Of a stretch of DNA of 61,693 bases, positions 32,001 through 38,900 are shown piece by piece. The DNA comes from Pseudonocardia sp. GTDB taxonomy: Bacteria > Actinomycetota > Actinomycetes > Mycobacteriales > Pseudonocardiaceae. A program made the translations under genes and the position numbers. Location: positions 1-61,693 of the forward strand of contig DATAYB010000364.1 of the NCBI GenBank assembly GCA_036272795.1, given 5' to 3'. Numbering within the stretch: the first letter of the stretch is position 1; the number at the start of each line of letters is the position of its first letter. The notes under the pieces are model-generated. The model was not told the DNA's origin. It saw only the letters and a list, made by a program, of their open reading frames with translations, and ran no database searches.

Positions 32001-32951
32001 GGGCTGCCTCCGTTCACGGTGGCTGAGGGCATGGCCGCCTTCGACGTTGCGCTGCTGCTCGACGAGGCGGTGCTGATCCCGACCCGGATCAACCCGGAGG
32101 CTGCACTGGACTCGGTCGCCCCGGCGCTGCGCGAGGTGCTGGCCGCCAGGGCCCCGCGCCGGGCCACCGCCGCGGCGGGGACCTCCGAGGGGGCCGGGGG
32201 CAACGCGGCCGAGCCGGGCGAGCTGCTCGTGGCCCACCTCGCGGCCATGGAGCCCGGCGAGCGGCCGGACGCGCTGCTGGGGATGCTCATCGACCAGGTC
32301 GCCTCGGTCCTCGGCCACGGCGGCGCGGACGATATCGACCCTGACCAGGCCTTCTCCGAGATCGGCTTCGACTCGCTGACCTCGGTGGAGCTGCGCAACC
32401 GGCTGGGCACCGCCGCCGGGGTGCGGCTGCCCGCCACGCTGGTCTTTGACTACCCGACCCCCACCGTCCTGGCCGAGCTACTGGGTGAGCGCCTCGCCGA
32501 GCGGGTCGAGGCCGCCAGCCGCGCCGGCGTCGAGACGAGCGCGGCAGGCCCGGGCGCCGACGCGCCAGCCACGAGCGGCGGCGCGGCGGCCTTCGAGCAG
32601 CTCGAGCAGCTGGCCGGCCGATGGGGCGACGCCGACCGGTCCGCCGCGGCGGACCGGCTGCGGGAGCTGCTCGCGCGGCTGGAGAACGGCAGTGCGAACG
32701 GCAGCGCGAACGGGAACGGCCACTCGAACGGGAACGGCCACTCCAACGGCCACGCGAACGGCCACTCGAACGGCCGCGGTGGCCCGAACGGCCACGGCAG
32801 CGGCAACGGCGGCACCAACGGTGCCGGCGACGCCCTCGACGGCGACGCCGAGTGGCCCGAGGCCGGCGGGACCGAGATGGACACCGACATCGCCAAGGCG
32901 ACCTCCGCCGACGACATCTTCGCCCTGATCGACGAGGAGCTGGACGCATGA
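23061..32951 (+). CDS. PKS-2 C-terminal part (in-frame continuation): linker-AT(methylmalonyl)-KR(B2)-ACP / KS-AT(malonyl)-DH-ER remnant-KR-ACP / docking
   Basis: AT HVDVVQP, GHSQG, YASH; KR LDD plus NYAPGN (B2); KS with TNGQ; AT GHSIG/HAFH; DH HPWIADH and HPALLDG; partial ER about 30845-31375; ACP IGFDSL; C-terminus ATSADDIFALIDEELDA. No N-terminal docking domain and no clear RBS/start (first GTG at 23253 is mid-linker). Confidence 0.9.
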   Translation, partial: AAPDAAGPDSEGSSAGTRAPVVAGGVAWLFGARSAAALRTTAGRLAPLAEPGPEHPGSVPEPAEVAAVLAGRARMPHRGAVVLTPGDGAGRRLRAAADAEPDAPVDGVVRGFAGEGTRRPVFVFPGQGAQWVGMGARLLEHSPAFAARLQECSDALVAEIGLDVVALLRDGAELEHVDVVQPASWAVMVALAAVWEAAGVVPSVVVGHSQGEIAAAVVAGVLSVADGARVVAGRARLLRGIAGDGGMGSVLAEPESIRDRVEAAGLSVAGVNGPRATVVCGPAVALDALLAELAADGVRTRRIAVDYASHSPAVEAVRAELLATLAPVTPAARTREGIRWYSTVRGRELAPTEADATYWYDNLREPVGFHAAMATLLGEGHRHVIEVSPHPVLLPAVAETAEDAGLPESGAGSVAILPTLRRDADRPAELLLGLAQAWTVGVPVDPAALGAAATPGALRPDAVPTTAFARSHYWPTLAAPQTGAGTDDALWAAPLWAGVDHADVAEVAAELDIDPEAPLSEVVPALGVWRERRRRGSTVDSWRYRVSWSPLAEPAATRLEGRWVLLVTEGTSPEVAAPVTGALGDAGAEVVTVTVDRPGPADPHPDVRARLAERLGALDPAPHGVLALTGTDTSPDPDHPATPVGLSATLLAVQALGDARVTAPLWVATVGAVATGRSDRAVSAVPALVQGFGRVAMLEHADRVAGLLDLGADLLGAGGAVESALDARAARRLAAVLAGAVVTDGQAEDQLALRASGLFARRLVRAARGPGAAAVEQPFRPRGTVLVTGGTGALGGHLARWLARGGAEHVVLTSRRGPHAPGAEDLRAEVEALGARCTIAACDAADRDAVAALLARIDREGPALRAVVHAAGALDDGVIESLDADRMEPVLRAKAVAATVLDELTRGLELDAFVLFSSTSGTISGPGLGNYAPGNAFLDVLATIRRDAGEPVTAVAWGHWGGPGGMGEGAVGERLRRFGVLDMEPEDALAALQDALDHDETTVSVTALDWERFAPAFTSARPSPLIADLPDACRVLAAVAAAEGTGDGDRPRLLRHLDDVPREDWPHAISTVVRTYVAAILGHSGPEAVAPGAAFSDLGVDSLTAVELRNSLSTAVGLRLPATLVFDHPNPKALTELLHSEVVAMVGELDAEPETGPAVTPGADPGTGGGTVDDPIVIVGMGCRFPGGVSTPEAFWALLAAGGDAIGEFPDDRGWDLGALYNADPDNPGTSYARTGGFLSGVGEFDAAFFGISPREALAMDPQQRLLLETSWEALERAGIDPTSLRGSATGVFVGTNGQDYTGMLVASGEDVGGYLGTGNAASVVSGRVAYALGLEGPAVTVDTACSASLVALHQAMAALRSGECTVALAGGVTVMSTPGLFQEFSRQRGLAPDGRCKAFADAADGAGFSEGAGMLVVERLSTARAAGHPVLAVVRGSAVNSDGASNGLTAPNGPSQQRVIRAALASAGLNTDDVDVVEAHGTGTTLGDPIEAQALLATYGRDRDPESPLLLGAVKSNVGHTQAAAGVAGVMKAVLAMTHGRVPATLHIDRPSTHVDWEAGAVRLVTEAQDWPERGHPRRAGVSGFGISGTNAHVVLEHVPGEPVADQDTAPAHPDTADTAPAPRDGAFEGPVPLLVSGRTAAGRAARAAALADLLESDRRPAEADDLPVLAAALRHGRTTFDHRGVVLAADRAAAVAGLRALAEGADGTDLVVGSVSPGRTAVLFSGQGAQRAGMGRELYAAHDAFAEAFDAACAHLDPHLDRPLREIVFAEPGTEDAALLDRTGWTQPALFAVELALFRLLESWGLRPEVLLGHSIGEITAAHVAGVFDLDGAARLVAARATLMEALPPGGAMAAVALGEDAVTALIEGRDDIAIAAVNGPTSVVVSGAGDAVDAVVAAAKAGGHRVSRLAVSHAFHSPLMEPMLDEFAAAIAGIEFAAPRRTLVSALTGRVATAEELTDPATWVRHVRAEVRFADAVASAAEQGATRFVEVGPDAALTPLVGECLAAVDVEPDLVVAARRRDTDELVGLLRAVAALHAAGDGIDPVAALGGGTEAPSVPATLLAVLPTYPFARRRYWPRPPRLSGDVRSLGLDSAGHPMLGAAVELPDGGHLVTGRLALSAHPWIADHALLSGAGDGSTVVILPGTGFLELAMAAGFSAAGPDTAVAEMTIAAPIVLTRDNAVNLRIHVGAPAAADGARPLEIRGRLEGDPEAGWTLHASGFLSPAPAAPGQDTGAADLAGVWPPPGAEETDVSDFYARFAEQGFVYGPAFIGLRRVWLRPRGEVDGQQVGPEVFAEVALPDSVADSAAEMGVHPALLDGALQTMMFAGLGETETGRLPFAWTGVRLHASGARRLRSRMVATGPESVSLTVADPTGALVLTSEELVLRSVGSVAASAPVDPAVRAARASVLRWAWRERTPAGTAEGTPTVLRVPPAINPAIKPATDATPGATPDAEGVTRVVADLLTPLRDWLATDDGTGPALVVTTVGAVGPDAEPTAAAAAGLVRSAQAENPGRIVLVDTDGPDLPDALAASLAADPGEPQWTWHAGAGEDNTGVTRVARLVPAATGPAGSSPEPGSALVPPPLPSGQTGAWRLERSANRAANRAANRAANTSAKGSAAGSAGPDALVLAPAPAAAGEPGPGEVRLAVRAAGLDASDLLAAPTEDTGATTPLGRTVAGIVLAVGEGVEEPAVGDRVVGAVPAAVGPLARVEARALVAMPAGGDFAASAAAALTGPSGTPVTWDVRRARAAARALSESGGTGPVVLTVAPALDPAGTVLITGGTGGLGAELARHLVDDLGVRSLVLSSRRGPDAPGAAELVEELTSAGARVQVLAADVTDRTAVGALVAAAPSDAPLTAVVHTAGVLADGVLSSQDADGIARVLGPKLDGARHLADAVLAAGAELAAFVLYSSIAGTLGSAGQANYAAANAALDALAVRLRAQGLPAQSLAWGPWVPTGGMTATLDEAGRARIGAGGLPPFTVAEGMAAFDVALLLDEAVLIPTRINPEAALDSVAPALREVLAARAPRRATAAAGTSEGAGGNAAEPGELLVAHLAAMEPGERPDALLGMLIDQVASVLGHGGADDIDPDQAFSEIGFDSLTSVELRNRLGTAAGVRLPATLVFDYPTPTVLAELLGERLAERVEAASRAGVETSAAGPGADAPATSGGAAAFEQLEQLAGRWGDADRSAAADRLRELLARLENGSANGSANGNGHSNGNGHSNGHANGHSNGRGGPNGHGSGNGGTNGAGDALDGDAEWPEAGGTEMDTDIAKATSADDIFALIDEELDA
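30865..30909 (+). repeat. Perfect 12-bp tandem repeat CCGCCAACAGGG x3.75 (ANRA repeats) at the start of the ER remnant
   Basis: Copies start at 30865, 30877 and 30889, with a partial copy at 30901. Confidence 0.95.
32685..32822 (+). repeat. Low-complexity Asn-Gly(-His-Ser) repeat linker in the PKS-2 C-terminal docking region
   Basis: NGSANGSANGNGHSNGNGHSNGHANGHSNG..., built from AACGGS units. Confidence 0.85.
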
Positions 32952-35900
32952 GCAGCCACGACCCGGCCACGGCCCACCCGACCGGAGCCGCCGGCGGCCA
33001 GGACCAGCGCACCCTGGAGTACCTCAAACGCCTGACCGCGGAGCTGCGCTCCACACGCCGGGAGCTCGCGGCGGTCCGTGAGCGTGCGCACGAGCCGATC
33101 GCGGTGATCGGCGCCGGCTGCCGGTACCCCGGCGGGGTCCAGAGCCCCGAGGACCTGTGGGAGCTCGTCGACACCGGGGTCGACGCCATCGGCCCGTTCC
33201 CCGCCGACCGGGGCTGGCCGGTCGGGGACGCCATCAACGGCGGCTTCGTACGGGACGCGGGAGACTTCGACGCGGGCTTCTTCGCGATGGGTCCCCGTGA
33301 GGCGCTCGCCACCGACCCACAGCAGCGCCTCGTGCTCGCCACGGCGTGGGAGGCACTGGAGCGGGCCGGTATCGACCCGGCCACCCTGCGGGGCTCGGAC
33401 TCGGCGGTGTTCATCGGCGCCGGCGCCCAGTCCGGGTACGGCATCGGGGTCGGCGAGCTGCCCGAGGGCGTCGACGGCCACCTCATGGTCGGCGCCGCCG
33501 GCTCGGTCATCTCCGGGCGCATCGCCTACCACCTCGGGTGGCAGGGACCGCTCGCCACGATCGACACCGCGTGTTCGTCGTCGCTCATCGCCATGCACCT
33601 GGCCGTGCAGTCGCTGCGCAGGGGGGAGTCCTCGCTCGCCCTCGCCGGCGGCGTCGCGGTGATCGCCACCCCGACCCCCTTCGCGCAGCAGGCCGACCAG
33701 GCTCTCGCGGCCGACGGGCGCTGCAAGGCCTTCTCCGACGACGCCGACGGCACCACCTGGTCCGAGGGCGCCGGTGTGGTGCTGCTGGAGCGGCTCTCCG
33801 ATGCCCGCCGCAACGGCCGGCGCATCCTCGGGCTGATCCGGGGCACCGCGATCAACGCCGACGGGGCGTCCAACGGCCTCACCGCCCCGAACGGGCCCTC
33901 GCAGCAGCGAGTCATCCGGGCCGCGCTGGCCGACGCCCGCCTCGGCCCTTCCGACGTCGACGCCGTCGAGGCACACGGCACCGGCACCAGCCTCGGTGAC
34001 CCGATCGAGGCCCAGGCGATCATCGCCACCTACGGGCAGGACCGCGACGGCACCGGCCCGGTGCGCCTCGGCTCGCTCAAGTCCAACGTGGGCCACACCC
34101 AGGCCGCTGCCGGGGTCGGCGGCGTACTGAAGATGCTCGGCGCGATGAGGCACGGGCAGCTGCCCCGCACGCTGCACGCCGACACACCCTCCACCCGGGT
34201 GGACTGGACTGACGGCGAGGTGGAGCTGATCAACAAGCCGGCCGCATGGCCGGACGCGCCACCGGCCGAGGACGGCACCCCGCGACCCCGCCGCGCGGCC
34301 GTCTCCTCGTTCGGCATCAGCGGCAGCAACGCCCACGTCATCGTCGAGCAGTCCCTCGAGCCCGAGCAGGTCACGCTATTCGACGGGAGCGGTGACCAGA
34401 GTGACGACCGGGCCACGGCGGGGATCGAGGGGCCCCTGGTCTGGCCGCTCTCCGCGCGCGGAGCCGCCGCGCTCGCCGGGCAGGCCCGCCGCCTCGCCGA
34501 GTACGTCGAGGCCCACCCGGACGTCGACCCCGCCGCGGTGGCCCGCGCGCTGGTCACCACCCGGTCGACCTTCGAGCAGCGGGCCGTGATCGTGGCCGAC
34601 GACGTCGCGGGGCTGCTCGCCGGCACCCGGGCGCTCGCGGCCGGTGAGGACCCGCCCGAGGGCGTCGACGTGGTCACCGGTTCGATCCTGCGAGGCCGCA
34701 CGGCGATGCTGTTCGCCGGCCAGGGCGGCCAGCACCTCGGGATGGGGCGGGCGCTGGCCTCGGCCTCGCCGGTCATGGCCGCCGCGCTCGACGAGGCCAT
34801 CGCCGCGCTCGACGAGCACCTGCCGCGCTCGCTGCGTGAGGTCCTCTACGCCGAGCCCGGGTCCGAGGACGCCGACCTGCTGCACCAGACGTTCTGGACC
34901 CAGCCGGCCATGTTCGCCGTCCAGGTCGCCACGTACCGGCTCTGGGAGAGCCTCGGCGTGGTGCCGCAGGCCGTGGTCGGGCACTCGGCCGGCCTGGTCG
35001 CCGCCGCCCACGTCGCCGGTCTGCTCTCGCTCGCCGACGCCGCGAAGGTCGCCGCCGCCCGAGGCCGGCTGATGGCCGAGCTGCCCCCCGGCGGCGCGAT
35101 GATGGCCATCTCCCTCGGGGAGCAGGACGTGCTCGCCGACGCCGAGGGCACCAGCATCGAGATGGCCTCGGTCAACGGGCCGAACTCGGTGGTCGTGTCC
35201 GGCGACGTCGAGGACGTCGAGGCACTGGCCGCGCGCTACGCCGAGCGCGGCGTGCGCCACCGGGTGCTGCGGATCAGCATCGCCTCGCACTGCGTGCGCA
35301 TGGAGCCCGCCGTCCCCGGCTTCCGTGACACCCTCGCCAGCTGCTCGTTCTCCGCCCCCAGGATCCCGATCATCTCCGACCGCACCGGCAAGGCGGCCAC
35401 CTTCGCCGAGCTGAGCGACCCCGACTACTGGGGCGCGCACCTGCGCCACACCGTCCGCTTCGGCGACGCGATCGCCACCGCCCGCACCCGGGGGATCGTG
35501 CGCTTCGTCGAGGTCGGCGCCCTGGACGCGCTCGCCGCGGCGGCCCGCACCGTCGCCGAGGCCGACGGGCGCCCGGTCGCCGCGATCAACGGGTTCCGCC
35601 GGGACGAGGACGAGGTGCGGGCCACCGTGCTCGCCGTCGCCCGGCTGCACGTGGCCGGTGGTGCACCGTCGTGGACCGCGCTGCTGGGCCGGCGGGGCGG
35701 CGGCCCCCGGCCCGACCTGCCGACCTACGCGTTCGACCTGCGGCGCTACTGGCTGACCCCGGACCTCGCCGCGATCGGTGCGGCGGCCGCGACCCCGTCG
35801 GGCGCCGTTCCGGCGTGGGAGCAGCGGTTCTGGGACGATGTCGAGCGCGGTGACGCCGAGGCCGTCACCGGTGCCCTGACCGCGGTGGAGGCCGACGGCA

Positions 35901-38900
35901 CGGTCGTCGACGCGGGCGCGGTGGCCGGCGTGGTGCCCGCGCTCGGTGCCTGGCACCGCGACCGCCGCGAGGCCGACGCGGTCAACCAGCTGCGCTACGC
36001 GGTCACCTGGCGCCCTGCCACCGACCTCCCGGACGCGCGCCCCGAGGGTAAATGGCTGGTCACCGACCTGCGCCACCGCGCCACCGCGCCCGAGGCCGAC
36101 CCGGTGGTCGCGCTGCTGCGTGAGCGCGGTCTCGACGTGGTGACGGTGGCCGCCGACGACCTCGCGGCGCCGGTCGGGGCCGAGGAGCTTCCCGAGCCGC
36201 TGGCCACGCACCGCCCGGCCGGGGTCATCGCGCTGGCCCTGCCCGAGGACACCGGTGACGTCCGGAATGCCGTCGACCCCGATGTGGTGGGCGCGCTGGC
36301 CGCACTCGCCGGCGTCGTGCGGGCCCTGACGAGCGCGGCCGCCGACCGCGCCAGCGAGGCCCGGCTGTTCGTCCTGACCCGCACCGCCGTGACCACCGGC
36401 CCCCGCGACCCCGCTCCCGACCTGGACCTCGCCGCGCTGTGGGGCGGCGGGCGGGCCCTGGCCCGCGAGCGCCCGGGGGTCTGGGGCGGCCTGGTCGACC
36501 TGCCCACCGGTGGCGAGCTCGACCGGCGCACCGCGAAGCGGCTGCTCGCGGTGCTCTCGGGCGCCGGCGACGAGGACCAGGTCGCGCTGCGCCCCTCGAT
36601 GGCGATGGTCCGCCGCCTGATCCCCAGCCCCGCGCCCGACTCCGGCGCCGGCCCGTCGATCTGGCGCCCGCACGGCACCCTCCTGATCACCGGTGGGACC
36701 GGGGCGCTCGGCGGTGCCGTGGCCCGCCTCGCCGCCCGGCGCGCCGTCGCCTCGGGCCACGACCTGCACCTGGTCCTGCTCGGGCGGCGCGGCCCCAAGG
36801 CTCCGGGCGCCATGGAGCTGGCCGACGAGCTGCGCGCGACGGGCACCGGCGACGGGACCGCCGCCGGCCGGGTGAGCGTCACCCTGGTGGCGGCCGACAC
36901 CGCCGACCGCGACGCGCTGGCCGCCGTGCTGGCCGACATCGACGCAGGCGCGCTGCCGCTGACCTCGATCATCCACACCGCCGGCTCCGGCGACGCCACC
37001 CCTGTGGACAGCGCCGATGCTTCCACGATCGCCGCCGCCCTCGCCGCGAAGGTCGCTGGCGCCGGGCACCTCGACGACCTGACCTCGGACCGTGACCTCG
37101 ACGCCTTCGTGCTGTACTCGTCGATCTCCGGGACGTGGGGCGCCGGCTCGCAGTTCGCCTACGCGGCGGCCAACGCCCGCCTCGACGCGCTGGCCCAGCG
37201 CCGCGCCCGCGCCGGGCGCACGGCCACGTCGATGGCGTGGGGGCCCTGGGGCGGGGCCGGTATGGCCGCGCACGCCGAGGCCGTCGACCACCTGCAGCAG
37301 CGCGGGTTCCGGATGCTGCACGACGACCTGGCCCACCGCGCGCTCGAGCAGCTCATCGGCGAGGGCGCGGTGAGCCCCGTGGTCGCCGACATGGACTGGG
37401 CGCGCTTCCTGGCCACGTACACCCTGGCGAGCCCGGCCCCGCTGTTCGACGAGCTCGCGCCCGCTGTGGACGCCGTGACCACCTCGGTGCCGGCGGCCGG
37501 CGCGGACGAGCCGGCTTCCGACCTCGCCCGCCAGGTCGCCGAGGCCGGGCCCGCGCGTGCCGGGCGGGTGGTGCTCGACGCGGTGCGCGCCGCCGCGGCC
37601 AAGGTGCTCGGCCACGCCGGCAGCGACGCCGTCGACCCGGACCGCGCGTTCGGCGAGCTCGGGGTCGACTCGATCAGCGCGATCGCCATGCGCGACGCGC
37701 TGTCCAGGCCGCTCGGGCGGCCGCTGCCGGCCACCACCGTGTTCGACCACCCGACGCCGAGGGCGCTGGCGCAGTACCTGCTGGACGAGATGCTGCCCGC
37801 CGGCGCCGAGACCGCCGCCGGCCCGGTCGCCGCCGGCACCGCCGTCGCCGAGGGCCCGGACACCGACCCCGTGGTCATCGTCTCGATGGCGTGCCGCTAC
37901 CCGAGCGCCGACGACCCCGAGGGACTGTGGCGGCTGGTCGACGAGGGGATCGACGCCATGGGGCCCCTGCCCACCGACCGTGGCTGGGACCTGCGGGGTC
38001 TCGGCGACGAGGTGGGCGGGTTCCGCTACGACATCGCCGGGTTCGACGCGGCGTTCTTCGGGATCTCCCCGCGCGAGGCGCTGGCCATGGACCCGCAGCA
38101 GCGGCAGCTGCTCGAGGTCGCCTGGGAGGCCGTCGAGCGGGCCGGCATCGCCCCGTCGTCGCTGCGCGGCACCCGCACCGGGGTGTTCGTCGGCGCCGGC
38201 AGCTCCGGGTACGGCACCGGCGCGGGCTCCCTGCTCGGCGAGGAGTTCTACGGCCACATGCTCACCGGCACCGCCAGCAGCGTGCTGTCCGGTCGCATCG
38301 CCTACGTCCTCGGCACGGAGGGGCCGGCGGTCACCGTGGACAGCGCGTGCTCGTCGTCGCTGGTTGCGCTGCACTTTGCGATGTCCGCGCTGAAGGCGGG
38401 CGAATGCGACATGGCCCTGGTGGGCGGGGCCACGGTGATGGCGACCCCGTTCGCGTTCGGGGCGTTCTCCCAGCAGGGCGGGCTGGCCGGCGACGGGCGC
38501 TGCAAGGCGTTCTCCGACGACGCGGACGGGGCCGGCTGGTCGGAGGGGACGGCCGTCATCGCCGTCGAGCGGCTCTCCACCGCGCGCGCCGCCGGCCACC
38601 GGGTGCTCGCGGTGATCGCCGGGTCGGCGATCAACTCCGACGGCGCTTCCAACGGGCTGACCGCGCCGAACGGGCCGTCCCAGCAGCGGGTCATCCGGGC
38701 CGCGCTGGCCGACGCGGGGATCGTGCCCGACGACATCGATGCCGTCGAGGCGCACGGCACCGGCACCGCGCTCGGCGACCCGATCGAGGCCCAGGCCGTG
38801 CTCGCGGTCTACGGCGCCGGACGGGACCCAGAGCGCCCGCTGCGGATGGGGTCGATCAAGTCGAACATCGCCCACTCCCAGGCCGCCGCCGGGCTCTCCG

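Noticed and set aside
32621-32947. N-terminal extensions in the ORF track (starts at 32621, 43957, 55184, 57507, 58729, 8349)
   Set aside because: Downstream starts fit better on RBS, stop-start overlap or family-typical N-termini (32948, 44014, 55250, 57690, 59011, 8403)
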